64,000 nt of DNA from Alphaproteobacteria bacterium. Its GTDB lineage: Bacteria; Pseudomonadota; Alphaproteobacteria; Caedimonadales; UBA9215. The number at the start of each line of letters is the position of its first letter. Position 1 is the first letter of the stretch. The notes under the pieces are model-generated. The model worked only from the letters and a program-made list of their open reading frames with translations. It searched no databases and was not told the DNA's origin. Position numbers and translations under genes: made by a program. Location: contig JAJSAD010000096.1 of the NCBI GenBank assembly GCA_024281375.1, positions 32,867 to 96,866 of the forward strand, in the 5' to 3' direction. Positions 8,358 to 19,900 of this stretch are shown in pieces.

Positions 8358-9983
8358 ATGAGTGATGCCCTGGAATTTGATGTCGTGATTGTCGGGGCAG
8401 GACCAGCGGGCTTATCTGCTGCTATTCGTTTGAAGCAACTGGCTGCGGAGCATCAAAAAGAGCTGAGTGTTTGTGTGTTGGAAAAAGGCTCTGAGGTAGG
8501 CGCTCATATTTTGTCGGGAAATGTCTTTGAAACCAGGGCTTTGGATGAACTGCTTCCCAACTGGAAAGAACTTGACGCTCCTTTAAAGGTCAACGTTCAG
8601 CAAGATCATTTTCAGTTTCTAACTTCTCAAAAAGCTTATACCCTTCCCACGCCCCCTCAACTCCATAATAGCGATAATTATATCATTAGCTTGGGTAACC
8701 TGTGCCGTTGGCTGGGAACTCAGGCCGAGAATTTAGGGGTTGAGATTTATCCTGGATTTGCAGTCGAAAAGTGCTTGTTTAATGAGGCAGGCGATGTGTG
8801 TGGTGTTGAGACTATTCCCATGGGCCTGAATGAAAAAGGCGAACAAACAGAACAGTACGAGCCCGGTGTTCAATTAATGGCAAAGCACGTGATGCTGGGA
8901 GAAGGCTGTCGAGGCTCTCTGACCAAAGAGCTGTTTGAGAAGTTTGATCTTGAGGGAGAGCAACCTCAAACCTATGGCATTGGATTAAAAGAAATTTGGG
9001 AAGTTGACCCGGGAAAGCATGAAGAAGGTCTTGTGACCCATACCATTGGTTGGCCGATGGATAGTAAAACCTATGGGGGTTCTTTTCTGTATCATATGGA
9101 AAATAACCAAGTAGCCTATGGCTTTGTGGTGGGGTTGGATTATGAAAATCCTCACCTGAGTCCCTACCATGAATTCCAACGTTTTAAGCATCACCCGAAA
9201 ATCCAGCCCCTTTTCGAAGGTGGACGTCGTGTGGCTTATGGCGCACGCGCTTTAAACGAAGGCGGTTTTCAATCGCTGCCAAAAGTGAGTTTTCCAGGTG
9301 GTTCTTTGATTGGCTGTGCGGCTGGATTTCTAAATGTGCCTAAAATTAAAGGCTCTCACACCGCCATGAAGTCTGGCATGATTGCCGCCGACGTTGCTTT
9401 TGACGCTTTGCGACAGGATGCAAAACCAATGGTAGGTGTGTTTGATCAAAAAGTGCGGGAGAGCTGGGTTGGACAAGAGCTCCATAAGGTACGCAATATT
9501 CGACCCGGCTTTAAATGGGGACTGATACCAGGATTGGTAAATGCAGCTTTCGAGACTTACGTTACCCGGGGAAAGTCTCCGTGGACGTTATCCCATCACA
9601 TAGACCATAAAAGCTTAAAGCTCGCCAGCGAATCTCCGAAAATTGACTACCCAAAACCCGATGGGAAAATATCTTTTGATCGTCTTTCTAATGTATTCTA
9701 CTCTGCAACCAACCATGAAGAAAACCAACCCTGTCATTTATTGCTTAAGGATCCCAGCGTTGCTATTGACATAAACTTAGCCAAATATGATGCGCCAGAA
9801 ACGCGCTATTGCCCGGCGGGTGTGTACGAAATTATAGCCGATGAAAGTAAGGGCACAAAGTCCTTGAAAATTAATTCTCAGAACTGTGTGCATTGCAAAA
9901 CATGTGATATCAAGGACCCTACCCAGAATATTACCTGGGTTGTCCCTCAGGGTGGGGGTGGTCCTAACTACCCTAATATGTAG
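8358..9983 (+). CDS. electron-transfer flavoprotein:ubiquinone oxidoreductase (ETF-QO)
   Basis: FAD fold DVVIVGAGPAGLSAA, a C-terminal 4Fe-4S segment CVHCKTCDIKDP, and a 541-aa length typical of the family. Confidence 0.95.
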   Translation: MSDALEFDVVIVGAGPAGLSAAIRLKQLAAEHQKELSVCVLEKGSEVGAHILSGNVFETRALDELLPNWKELDAPLKVNVQQDHFQFLTSQKAYTLPTPPQLHNSDNYIISLGNLCRWLGTQAENLGVEIYPGFAVEKCLFNEAGDVCGVETIPMGLNEKGEQTEQYEPGVQLMAKHVMLGEGCRGSLTKELFEKFDLEGEQPQTYGIGLKEIWEVDPGKHEEGLVTHTIGWPMDSKTYGGSFLYHMENNQVAYGFVVGLDYENPHLSPYHEFQRFKHHPKIQPLFEGGRRVAYGARALNEGGFQSLPKVSFPGGSLIGCAAGFLNVPKIKGSHTAMKSGMIAADVAFDALRQDAKPMVGVFDQKVRESWVGQELHKVRNIRPGFKWGLIPGLVNAAFETYVTRGKSPWTLSHHIDHKSLKLASESPKIDYPKPDGKISFDRLSNVFYSATNHEENQPCHLLLKDPSVAIDINLAKYDAPETRYCPAGVYEIIADESKGTKSLKINSQNCVHCKTCDIKDPTQNITWVVPQGGGGPNYPNM

Positions 9984-10016
9984 AAAATATAGTCTATAAC
10001 ATAAAGGAAGTTTTTT

Positions 10017-10373
10017 ATGATTTTAATACGTGTATTATCAATTTGTTTTCTAACATTTTGCTCTAATTTGTTGACTGTTAAGGGATCTATCGTTGAGAAA
10101 GAGGAACTGGATTTTAAAACAGTCTATACAAAGGTTTGCGTGAGTTTAATGGGGATGCAAAATAACCCTAATCACGATGGTCTATTACAAAGCTTATATC
10201 AAAATCTTGCTTTAATTAATGCAAGTTATGCCCGCACAGGGGCGACCGATGGCTGGACCCTTAACTTACAACAAAATGTCCCAGATATTCTACAAGCTCT
10301 TTTTACAAAAGTAGAGGAGATGAACCTTTTTTCAGAGAGGCGTTCTCAAAGGCTTTCCGCAACAGGAGGGTAA
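10017..10373 (+). CDS. hypothetical small exported protein (ORFan)
   Basis: 118-aa ORF with N-terminus MILIRVLSICFLTFCSNLLTVKG. Confidence 0.4.
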   Translation: MILIRVLSICFLTFCSNLLTVKGSIVEKEELDFKTVYTKVCVSLMGMQNNPNHDGLLQSLYQNLALINASYARTGATDGWTLNLQQNVPDILQALFTKVEEMNLFSERRSQRLSATGG

Positions 10374-10480
10374 AAGTTATTTTTTCCTATCTTCATCCTT
10401 TTACCCCATTGTCTTCCAGGATAAAATAGGGTATCAAAATGGGATGATAGCGACTCACCGGCTGTCCTTAAAATTTTATT

Positions 10481-10565
10481 GCGGGCGTGGTGAAATTGGT
10501 AGACACGCTAGATTTAGGTTCTAGTGTCGCAAGACGTGGGGGTTCAAGTCCCTCCGCCCGCACCA
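10481..10565 (+). tRNA. tRNA-Leu (anticodon UAG)
   Basis: Acceptor GCGGGCG pairs with CGCCCGC. Anticodon loop is TT-TAG-GT. It has a long variable arm, T-loop GGTTCAAGTCC, and an encoded CCA. Confidence 0.9.
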
Positions 10566-10594
10566 TGAGCAAGAGATAAAAGCGAGATTTTCCG

Positions 10595-11929
10595 ATGGAA
10601 ATTAAAAAAGATACCGTAGATGGTTTAAAGCATACATATCAAGTATCTGTAGCCCCTGAAGCCATTGAAATGCGGGTTAAAACACGTATTCTTGAGTCCG
10701 GTAAAAAAGCTAAAATCCCTGGTTTCCGCCCGGGCAAAGCGCCGTTGCAAGTTTTACAACAACGCTACGAAGGCAATGTGCGTCCTGAGGTCATTCGCAC
10801 CGTTATTGATGAGACGTATCGTAAGCTCTTAGTGGAAAAAAAGTTGCGTCCCGCGGGTCAACCTCAAATTACCGTTGATTCCTATGAGGTTAATCAAGCC
10901 CTTGAATGTACTTACGAATTTGAAGTTCTTCCTGTTATCAAAGATATTGACCTGAAGAAAAAAGTGAAACTTGAAAAAATTGTTGCCGATGTTGACCCTA
11001 AAATGTTGGATGAGGCTGTTGGTCGTATCGCGGATACGAATAAAACCACTGAGCCTTTAACTAAAGACCGGGCTGCTAAAAAAGGCGACATTGTCTTTAT
11101 TGATTTTTCTGGGACCACAAAAGAGGGTCCTATTTCTGGTGGGTCTGGGACGGGCGTTCAATTAGAGCTCGGATCTGGTTATTTCATCCCTGGTTTTGAA
11201 GAGCAAATTGAAGGCATGAAAAAAGGCCAAAATAAAAAGATTAAAGTGTCTTTTCCAAAGGATTACTCGGCAGATGATTTGGCGGGGAAAGACGCAACTT
11301 TTGATTGTACTCTTCAAGATATTCACGCCTCTGTGAAACCTAAAGTTGATGATGCTTTTTGTGATAAAATTGGCTTTAAAAGCTTGAAAAACCTTAAAGT
11401 AGCCATTCAAAAGCAACTGGATGCGGAAAATGAACGGATGTCTTTCTTGATTGCCAAGAAGGATGTGCTTGATGCTCTTGATAAAGAAAAACTCCAGCTC
11501 CCCCTCTCTCTTGTGGATAATGAGCTGAAACAAATTATGCCTGAGGCTGTTATTACTGAGGAAGGCAAAAAAGCGAAAAAGCAAAGCAAAGAGGAAATTG
11601 CTGAGCAAAAGAAAATGCGCTCCCTTGCCGAGCGTCGTGTGCGTTTGGGCCTTATTTTGGCTGAGCTTGGTAATAAAAGTAAGCTTGAAGTCACTCAAAA
11701 GGAACTTCAAGAAGCCATGATCCAACAGGCCAGAAACTATCCTGGTGAAGAGAAAAAAGTCATGGAATATTTCCAAAAGAACCATGACGCACAACAATCA
11801 TTGCGTGCACCGATTTTTGAGGATAAAGTAATAGGGATGATCCTTGATAAAGCGGACGTAAAAGAGAAAAAAGTTTCTCAAAGCGACCTGGAAAAAGCCG
11901 TGAAAAAAGTGACGGATGCTGAAGCCTAA
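10595..11929 (+). CDS. tig: trigger factor
   Basis: 444 aa with ribosome-binding motif GFRPGKAP and a central FKBP-like region. Sits immediately upstream of clpP. Confidence 0.95.
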   Translation: MEIKKDTVDGLKHTYQVSVAPEAIEMRVKTRILESGKKAKIPGFRPGKAPLQVLQQRYEGNVRPEVIRTVIDETYRKLLVEKKLRPAGQPQITVDSYEVNQALECTYEFEVLPVIKDIDLKKKVKLEKIVADVDPKMLDEAVGRIADTNKTTEPLTKDRAAKKGDIVFIDFSGTTKEGPISGGSGTGVQLELGSGYFIPGFEEQIEGMKKGQNKKIKVSFPKDYSADDLAGKDATFDCTLQDIHASVKPKVDDAFCDKIGFKSLKNLKVAIQKQLDAENERMSFLIAKKDVLDALDKEKLQLPLSLVDNELKQIMPEAVITEEGKKAKKQSKEEIAEQKKMRSLAERRVRLGLILAELGNKSKLEVTQKELQEAMIQQARNYPGEEKKVMEYFQKNHDAQQSLRAPIFEDKVIGMILDKADVKEKKVSQSDLEKAVKKVTDAEA

Positions 11930-11995
11930 GTCTTGGTGGACTTGAATAAAAAATAGAGTGTTTTCCCAGCACTCTAAAGATACAGGAGGCCTGAT

Positions 11996-12631
11996 ATGGC
12001 AAGAGACTCTTTAGACATTTACCAAAACACCCTCGTTCCCATGGTTGTTGAACAAACACCTAAGGGGGAGCGTTCCTATGATATTTTTTCAAGACTATTA
12101 AAAGAGCGTATTATCTTTGTAACCGGTGAAGTTAACGATACTATGGCAACGTTAGTGTGTGCGCAGCTTTTGTTCCTCGAAGCTGAAAGTCCGACAAAAG
12201 ATATTTATATGTACATTAATTCTCCAGGGGGGGTTGTGTCTTCTGGATTTGCGATGTATGACACCATGCAATATATTCGCCCTGATGTGGCGACCCTGTG
12301 TGTGGGGCAAGCGGCCTCTATGGGCGCAACGCTTTTATTAGCCGGTCACAAAGGAAAACGCTATTGTTTACCCAATGCCCGTGTCATGATTCACCAACCT
12401 CTTGGAGGATTTCGGGGACAAGCAACGGATATTGAAATCCATGCCAAGGAGATTATTACCTTAAAGCACAAGCTCCATGAAATTTATGCTTCCCATACGG
12501 GGCAAAAAATTAAAACTCTTGAGGATGCTATGGAGCGTGACAATTTCTTGAATGCAGAGGAAGCCCGCAAGTTCGGTATTGTGGATGAAGTCATTACAAA
12601 AGCCCCCACACCTGCCGCTACTGCTGCCTAA
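11996..12631 (+). CDS. clpP: ATP-dependent Clp protease proteolytic subunit
   Basis: Contains GQAASMGA (catalytic Ser) and MIHQPLGG (His). 211 aa, with an AGGAGG SD upstream. Confidence 0.95.
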   Translation: MARDSLDIYQNTLVPMVVEQTPKGERSYDIFSRLLKERIIFVTGEVNDTMATLVCAQLLFLEAESPTKDIYMYINSPGGVVSSGFAMYDTMQYIRPDVATLCVGQAASMGATLLLAGHKGKRYCLPNARVMIHQPLGGFRGQATDIEIHAKEIITLKHKLHEIYASHTGQKIKTLEDAMERDNFLNAEEARKFGIVDEVITKAPTPAATAA

Positions 12632-12638
12632 AACTGAA

Positions 12639-12744
12639 ATATAGTGATTCAACAAAGTTCTAGTCTAGGAAAGAGTGATCGACGACTATGCCTTATAGTT
12701 TAGGAACGATTGACGACGTCTGGAACTTTGTTGAATCACTATAT
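12639..12744. repeat. 106-bp MITE-like element with perfect 22-bp terminal inverted repeats
   Basis: ATATAGTGATTCAACAAAGTTC (12639-12660) is the exact reverse complement of 12723-12744. The 62-bp interior holds a ~25-bp direct repeat (TAGTCTAGGA..GATCGACGAC / TAGTTTAGGA..GATTGACGAC). Confidence 0.65.
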
Positions 12745-12858
12745 CATATGTTATTTTAGACAGAGCCTCTATCTTGAGGCTCCTTTTTTAAAAAAAATTG
12801 ACAGTTAATATTTTATTTTGTAATATTTTTAAAAGTTATTATAAAAAAAAATGAACCT

Positions 12859-13662
12859 ATGAAAAAAATATTACTATCACTTGTTCTAACAATTATTATT
12901 TCCTCTTCTGTTTTTGCATCAGCAAAAAATGAGCTTGATCAAGACGTCGGCGATAATCCCATAACAAGAAGTATAATCGGTTTTCACTTGCAAACCCTTG
13001 CCCTTTCTCAATCGTATCGTGACTCCTATCAGTCCTTTGAGTTCTCAGCTAAGTACCTTCCAAACGTTTCCTTGGATATACCTCTTCGAAAATTTTCATG
13101 GTTAAATCCTGATGAACTCCCATCCATCACGACGCATTTAGGATGTAATTTTTGTTCTGAATTATCAAGTGAATCTGATATTTTTAAATTTACAGGGGCT
13201 AACGGAGAGCATTATGAAACGCCATTATGGTCAATCAGTATTGACTCGAGTTGCATGGGATTAAAAGAAACCCATACCCAAAAATTACGAGAATTATACA
13301 GACTTTTCCCACAAAAACATGAATTTTCAATTCCTTCTTATGGTAGACTTGAGGGGATGTTCCATGTGCGGCAAAATCTATGGGAGCTTTTACATCATAA
13401 TCCTTCTTCTTTGTCTAATGCAGATGGTATAAATATACTCTCTGTATCGACACATTACACCTATAATAGTTTTTTAGTCGAGCGCGATTTACCTTGGTAT
13501 AAAATCATCATTCCGATGAATTTTGAATGGCTTGTTGATCAACTTTGGGAATATTATCAATTACATATACCACTAGATGGCCCCCTGGCCGGCTTTTATA
13601 TTTTGAAGCCCCATAAGGATTTCACAGCAAGTTTCTCTTCTTCAATTCTGCGGACAAGCTGA
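12859..13662 (+). CDS. hypothetical exported protein (ORFan)
   Basis: 267-aa ORF with N-terminus MKKILLSLVLTIIISSSVFASA. Confidence 0.5.
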   Translation: MKKILLSLVLTIIISSSVFASAKNELDQDVGDNPITRSIIGFHLQTLALSQSYRDSYQSFEFSAKYLPNVSLDIPLRKFSWLNPDELPSITTHLGCNFCSELSSESDIFKFTGANGEHYETPLWSISIDSSCMGLKETHTQKLRELYRLFPQKHEFSIPSYGRLEGMFHVRQNLWELLHHNPSSLSNADGINILSVSTHYTYNSFLVERDLPWYKIIIPMNFEWLVDQLWEYYQLHIPLDGPLAGFYILKPHKDFTASFSSSILRTS

Positions 13663-13779
13663 CATAGTAAAGTAAGGTCCTCTGGGGGAAGAATCAAACT
13701 TCCCCTAGCCTCTTCAAGTTGAAGCGCTCCTAAAATTCCCACTAAACTGCACACACATAGTATTTTTCTCATTTTCTCT

Positions 13780-16626
13780 TTACTCTAAATAAGGTTTTAA
13801 ATACTGACCGGTATAACTTTTAGAAATTTTCACAACATCTTCAGGAGATCCTTGGGCGATAATTTTTCCCCCACCGGTTCCCCCTTCAGGACCTATATCA
13901 ATAATCCAGTCCGCTGTCTTAATCACCTCCAAGTTATGCTCGATCACGATGATAGTATTACCCTGATCTACAAGGGTATGCAAGACCTCTAAGAGTTTTT
14001 TGACATCCTCAAAGTGCAGACCCGTTGTGGGTTCATCTAAAATATAGAGCGTTTTGCCTGTGGCTCGTTTCGCGAGTTCTTTAGAGAGTTTGACCCGTTG
14101 AGCTTCCCCCCCCGATAGTGTTGTAGCTTGTTGACCGATGTGAATATAGCCTAAGCCTACACGTCCCAAGGTCACAAGTTTATCTCTCACACTGGAAATG
14201 GCTTGAAAAAAGTCAATCCCTTCCTCAACGGTCATATCCAAAATATCTGCAATGGATTTGTCTTTAAAGGTAACCTCAAGGGTCTCGCGGTTATAGCGCT
14301 TGCCTCTACATTGATCACATTGTACATACACATCGGGCAAGAAATGCATCTCAATCTTTAGGACGCCATCTCCGCGACACGCCTCACAACGTCCCCCCTT
14401 CACATTGAAAGAGAAACGTCCTGGAGTATACCCCCTGGTTTTAGATTCAGGCAGGGCCGCGAACCACTCTCGAATAGGCGTAAAAGCCCCCGTATAGGTC
14501 GCTGGGTTAGAGCGAGGTGTGCGACCGATGGGAGATTGATCAATATCAATGATCTTGTCAATGTGCTCAACGCCCTTAATACTGTCATGTTCCCCCGCTT
14601 TTTCGCGCCCCCCATGCATTTGTTGGTTGAGCTCTTTATACAACGTTTCAATCACAAGAGAGGATTTTCCACCCCCAGACACCCCGGTTACCGCAATCAT
14701 TTTGCCTAAGGGAAAATCAACGGAAACATTTTGAAGGTTGTTAACCCTTGCCCCCTTAACAGAGATTTTCTTGCCTTTGTGACCGGGGCGACGTTTTGTG
14801 GGTAGCGCAATGACAGCTTCCCCTCGAAGGTATTTCCCTGTCAGACTATGGGGATGGTTTTCGACCTCTTTGGGTATTCCATGAGCAACGATTTCACCGC
14901 CATGAATCCCAGCGCGCGGCCCCATATCAATGAGGTAATCGGCCGCACGAATGGTATCCTCATCATGTTCCACGACAATCACCGTATTATCAAGGTCCCT
15001 CAAGCGCCGCAGCGTTTCCAGCAATCGATCATTATCTCTCTGGTGTAATCCAATGGAGGGCTCATCCAACACATACAGCACACCGGTCAGACCCGAGCCT
15101 ATTTGGGAGGCAAGGCGAATACGTTGACTTTCTCCTCCACTTAAGGTCCCTGAGGACCTAGATAAAGTTAAGTACCCTAACCCGACACTCAACAAAAAAC
15201 CAAGGCGTTCTTTAATTTCTTTTAAAATACGGTAGGAAATATCCTTCTCTTTTTGAGAGAGCTTTTTCTCTAAAGATCCAAACCACGCAACGGATTCCTC
15301 CACAGAAAACTGAGTAGTTTGAGAGATATGATGCTGATCAATTTTTATGCACAACGCCTCAGGACGCAAGCGATCCCCATGGCAGGCTTCACACACATGC
15401 TCTCGTTGATATTTCGACATATCATCCCGGCGCTTTGCGCTGTCTGTATCGCGCCAACGACGCTCAAGACTCGGGATGATGCCCTCAAAAGGTTTGTCAT
15501 TCTTGTAAGTATGGGCTTTATCTTTAATGGTCGTTGGAATTTTGACTTTACCCGAGCCGTATAAAAGACAGTCCTGTGTTTTTGGCATTAAGTTCTTAAA
15601 TGACAAAGTCGGATCATCGCCGCAATGCTCGATGACGGCTTTCATAATTTGCTGATAATAGAAGGTAAAAGAGCTATCCCATGGCGCAACGGCCCCCTCA
15701 AAAATGGACTTTGTCCGGTCGGGAACAACCAAGTCCTCATCAAAAGTGATACTCACCCCCAACCCATCACAAGACTCACAGGCTCCAAAAGGGCTGTTGA
15801 ACGAAAACAGGCGCGGCTCAATTTCATCCAGGGTAAACCCAGATACGGGACAAGAGAACTTTTCCGAAAAGGTCAGGCGCTCACCGTTTTTAACATCTTC
15901 CGCATACAACAAACCTTCCGATAATTTTAGAGCCGTTTCGATACTATCGGCCAAACGGGTCTGAAGATCAGGTTTAATGACCACACGATCCACCACCACT
16001 TCGATGGTATGTTTTAATTTCTTATCCAGAGGGGGAGCCTCATCAATGGTGCAGAGCTCTCCATCGATTTTTAAGCGTTGAAACCCTCGTTTTTTCATCT
16101 CAGCGATTTCTTTTTTATATTCGCCCTTACGACCTCGAACCAACGGCGCTAGCAAAAGAAGCTTTGTCCCCTCTTCCAACTCCATAAGGCGATCCACCAT
16201 CTGAGATACCGTTTGGCTCTCAATGGGGAGGCCCGTTGCCGGAGAATGGGGCACGCCAATTCTCGCAAAGAGCAAGCGCATATAATCATAGATTTCCGTC
16301 ACCGTTCCCACAATAGAGCGTGGATTTTTAGAAGTGGTTTTTTGTTCAATGGAAATAGCAGGCGACAAACCTTCGATGGATTCAACATCGGGCTTTTGCA
16401 TTAATTGAAGAAATTGTCGTGCATAGGCTGAGAGACTTTCCACATAGCGCCGTTGACCTTCGGCATAAATGGTATCAAAAGCCAGGGAGGATTTGCCAGA
16501 GCCACTTAAACCCGTAATCACCACAAGCTGATTCTTTGGAATATCAATACTGACGTTCTTGAGGTTATGCTCTTTAGCGCCCTTAACATAAATCACTGTT
16601 GTCTTATGGGAAACGGATTGGGTCAT
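13780..16626 (-). CDS. uvrA: excinuclease ABC subunit A
   Basis: 948 aa with two ABC modules ([12 protein letters not shown] and [11 protein letters not shown]), two LSGGE signatures and CxxC zinc modules. Confidence 0.97.
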   Translation of the reverse strand: MTQSVSHKTTVIYVKGAKEHNLKNVSIDIPKNQLVVITGLSGSGKSSLAFDTIYAEGQRRYVESLSAYARQFLQLMQKPDVESIEGLSPAISIEQKTTSKNPRSIVGTVTEIYDYMRLLFARIGVPHSPATGLPIESQTVSQMVDRLMELEEGTKLLLLAPLVRGRKGEYKKEIAEMKKRGFQRLKIDGELCTIDEAPPLDKKLKHTIEVVVDRVVIKPDLQTRLADSIETALKLSEGLLYAEDVKNGERLTFSEKFSCPVSGFTLDEIEPRLFSFNSPFGACESCDGLGVSITFDEDLVVPDRTKSIFEGAVAPWDSSFTFYYQQIMKAVIEHCGDDPTLSFKNLMPKTQDCLLYGSGKVKIPTTIKDKAHTYKNDKPFEGIIPSLERRWRDTDSAKRRDDMSKYQREHVCEACHGDRLRPEALCIKIDQHHISQTTQFSVEESVAWFGSLEKKLSQKEKDISYRILKEIKERLGFLLSVGLGYLTLSRSSGTLSGGESQRIRLASQIGSGLTGVLYVLDEPSIGLHQRDNDRLLETLRRLRDLDNTVIVVEHDEDTIRAADYLIDMGPRAGIHGGEIVAHGIPKEVENHPHSLTGKYLRGEAVIALPTKRRPGHKGKKISVKGARVNNLQNVSVDFPLGKMIAVTGVSGGGKSSLVIETLYKELNQQMHGGREKAGEHDSIKGVEHIDKIIDIDQSPIGRTPRSNPATYTGAFTPIREWFAALPESKTRGYTPGRFSFNVKGGRCEACRGDGVLKIEMHFLPDVYVQCDQCRGKRYNRETLEVTFKDKSIADILDMTVEEGIDFFQAISSVRDKLVTLGRVGLGYIHIGQQATTLSGGEAQRVKLSKELAKRATGKTLYILDEPTTGLHFEDVKKLLEVLHTLVDQGNTIIVIEHNLEVIKTADWIIDIGPEGGTGGGKIIAQGSPEDVVKISKSYTGQYLKPYLE

Positions 16627-16706
16627 GAAAAACTCTATTACTCAGTTAAGATGGTGACCTCTATATAAAAGGTTTTTGAGGAAAAAGGGAAGGAAAAAGG
16701 TGTTGG

Positions 16707-16765
16707 GAAGTTTTAAGAGTGATAATGGCAGAGACGTTATCAGGATAGTGTCGGCAATGAGGGGG
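16707..16765. repeat. direct repeat R-prime (pairs with 20899-20958)
   Basis: Collinear blocks GAAGTTTT, CGTTATCA and TGTCGGCAAT-GAGG are shared with the 20.9-kb copy at the same spacing (one 1-nt indel). Contains hairpin TGATAA..TTATCA. Confidence 0.65.
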
Positions 16766-16767
16766 CC

Positions 16768-16897
16768 GCCCAAAAGCGATACCCACTTGTGTCGAAAGCG
16801 TGCGCTGAGAGATCTGTGGATTTTTATCCACATGCTCTAGGAGGCGTACCATCACCTCGTTTTCCACGTGCGCCCGAGAGCGTTCAAAAACGGACAT
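16768..16897 (-). pseudogene. 5' fragment (first ~43 codons) of the wHTH EPS-type regulator, a truncated paralogue of 44729-45316
   Basis: MSVFERSRAHVENEVMVRLLEHVDKNPQISQRTLSTQVGIAFG matches residues 9-51 of the 195-aa regulator. Homology stops abruptly at ~16768, where repeat R-prime begins. Confidence 0.75.
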
Positions 16898-16915
16898 TAT
16901 CTAAGCGTTCCTTTT

Positions 16916-16957
16916 ATGATCATGATGTGATCATAGGGATGTGCTAGAGGAAGTCAA
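16916..16957 (-). promoter_or_regulatory. promoter-operator module, copy A
   Basis: On the minus strand: TTGACT (16952-16957), a 16-nt spacer, TATGAT (16930-16935). This overlaps the inverted repeat ATGATC-N7-GATCAT (16916-16934). Confidence 0.6.
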
Positions 16958-16965
16958 GAAAAAAA

Positions 16966-19900
16966 TCATGGCAAAGAAATGCTCTGGCTGAAAAGATTCA
17001 TGTGGCCGCTTTTTCCCCAAAGATCTCGATTTCCTACAATATAAAAGACGCGTTTGGCTCGGGATACGGCAACATTGAGAATATTGACTTGAGTTGTTGC
17101 CCAATTTCGAGCCCCCCCTTGTGCAACATCGGGGGCACCGAGCAAGAAGAAAACGGCTTCAGCCTCTTTGCCTTGAAACGTATGCACTGTACCGACATGG
17201 GTTTTCGCCCAATCGTAGATAGAAATATTATAGCCCTCAAAGAAATCCTTGTTGCTCATAAGGAGTGATCTCATGCCTTGTGCCACAGCTTTAAAGGGAG
17301 AAATGATAAACAAATCTGGCATATGACCAAGCCCTTGGGCCAGGGTCATTAATCTATTTAGAATCTCCACGCCTTCTTCTGGGCACCATTTATCTTCTGC
17401 GGTTCCCGCCACATGAATCCAGTGAGAGTCCCCCAAAATACCTTTAATAGGGGACGCTTTTTCAGCGGTAGCATAAACCATAAGATTGCTGTAGGCGAGA
17501 GCATTAGAAATTCTAAACATGGGATTTTCACAGCGTCGATGCACCAAAAGCGGGACGCCAATACGAACATCCTCAAAGTCTCTTTTAATAACCGTTCCGT
17601 ATGAATTAGCTTTATCAGAAAGGGTTTGAATGGACGCTTGAGGGGCCGTGAATCTTTTGGGATCCACGCCGTGATGGGTGGCTAAGCTGTCAAGTAAGGG
17701 TTTGGGAAGGGAGGTCACAGGAGGGATTTGTAGGGGATCTCCAACGGAGATAACGCATTTTGCGCGGTAAATAGCGCCAGCAGCAGCTTGCTGCGTACCT
17801 TGTCCTGCTTCATCAATAAGAAGCCAGCCAAAACTTTCTTTTCTCATGCCGCGTAACATGCCTGTAACGGAAGCGAAGGTCGTTGAGATCACAGGAACAA
17901 CGAGAAATAAACTGGCCCATAAATCTGGTAAAAGTCGATCTTGATCTGGGCTTAAGGTTTCACCACCTAAGACTTTCATCATGGAGCCTAAGTTTTTCCC
18001 CAATGGTTTTGCCGCTCCATCAATAAAGGCTTTGTGTACTTTAATGGCAGCAACAAAAACATCGTCGCGTATTCGTTGTTCTTTTTCGGTGAAGTTCGGA
18101 GAAAAGAGTTGTTGTTCTTTGAAAGGGCGCTCCCAAAAATCCTATGTAATGAGGTGGTCTTGCAAGTTTTTATAGGATCTAGATATGATACTTTTGCCTT
18201 GTGCTAAGTCTTTTTTGATCTCAGAAATTTCACCTTCTATGCCGTCATATTGGAACTGTAGCACTTTCATTTTTTTGGTGTTGGTATGGATAATGTCTTT
18301 TAAATTTAAAACTTCTCTTTGTTTCTTGGTGAGAGCAAAGATACATTGGTCATATTCTTCTCCCCAGGGGCTTTTCGTATCGTTGATGAATGCTCTTTTG
18401 AGTTTATAACTTCCAACTTCAAAGAGATTGGGCTTAAGATATTGATACTCTTTCTTTTGCTGTTCTAGGGATTTTAGTTGCATCTCGTCGTGTTCGAGAT
18501 CATTTTTAGTGTTTTTTATCTCTGAGTCTAGGATAGATATTTCACTTTTCATATTTGTGATTAAGGGGAGGGAGTGCTCTAATTCAAGCTCCTTTTCATT
18601 CATCTGGTGAAGGATCTGGCGGAGGTCTTGAATGTTGAAAGTGAGATATTCAGATTGCGATAGAGCAATATTGAAATTACTGCAAGACTCATCCCAATCC
18701 CATTCAAGGTCTTGAGAATTTTCGGGAATATCCTCTTGTTGAATAATAAGGGGGACTCGTTGGAATTTCTCACCTGTCTTTTTGTCTTTGATGGTGGCTA
18801 GCGGAACTTCTTCTCCGCGGACTTCTTTTAAATAAGTGCGAAGACTAGTATCGTCATTCCACCAGAATGTATTGGCAAAAGCGCTCCTATTTTTACTGTT
18901 ACCGAGGGCGACGGCTGAGAGCCCCCATGTTGCGTATTTATCCTCAGCTATGGCATCGCTGATGGTTCGAAAATAGCTTAGCTCATCGGTGAGATCTTCT
19001 GCGATTTGAGAAAGTTGAGGAAGTTCTTTGCTGATATTTTCAACGGCATTATTGTTTGAAGAGGCAACGAGAATTTCATGTCCTTTGAGTTTCTCATCAA
19101 GTTCATAAAAATCCCCAACCTTGGTGAAAGCATCTTCAGGGTATTTAAAGGAGCTTAAAGCTTTGGCACGATCGATGATAACAGAGGCAACAATATCACG
19201 GAGCAATGTTGTTTTTCCTGTTCCAGGAGGGCCGTTAATCGAAAATAGACCGCCCTCTTTTAAGGTTGTCGTTGCAATATTTACAGCCGTTTGTTGAAGG
19301 AGAACAAGGGGGTGACGTCCTGCGCTGGGCCAACGTCCAGCAGGGGTGTTATCAGGACTTAGAGTAGATTCCAATAAGTCATGATCTTTTAATAAATCTT
19401 GTAAGTCTGGTGAGGAAATGTCTCCAATATATTGTTGGAGAGCTTTTCCAGCTTCCTTGTCCTTTAGGGCTGTTTGAATCCGTTGTAAATCACTAAGGTA
19501 AAAACTGTTAAGAATAGGAGCATTTGGCGTTTTAGGCTTCTCATCTTTTTTTGGTTTTCTTTTGTATTGTTTGATAGAAAAGGTAGGCGATAAGCAGTCC
19601 TCTTCGGGAACGTTACAATTTTGAACGAGGAAGTTATAGGCATGATAAATTTTTTCCCAATTGAGGGGGAGCTTTTTTCCATCATCATTTGTCTCAAATA
19701 AGATATCGCGAAGACTCTGCTTGATAAGAGTTGCCGCAGTATTCCAACACCTCAGATGCTCGAGCTTGTTATGCAAAGAGCGACCATACGCCCAAGGAAA
19801 GCTTGACAGTGCAAGATCATTTTGATCATCGATGGGCACGCCCTCTTCATTCACGGTCACAACGGCAGTGGCGGCATAGCCACTATTGGAGATACGTTCT

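Noticed and set aside
11162-11797. 211-aa and 95-aa minus-strand ORFs antisense to tig
   Set aside because: They are fully contained in the well-supported trigger factor gene. The translation is Phe/Leu/Lys-rich, typical of an antisense reading of an AT-rich gene.
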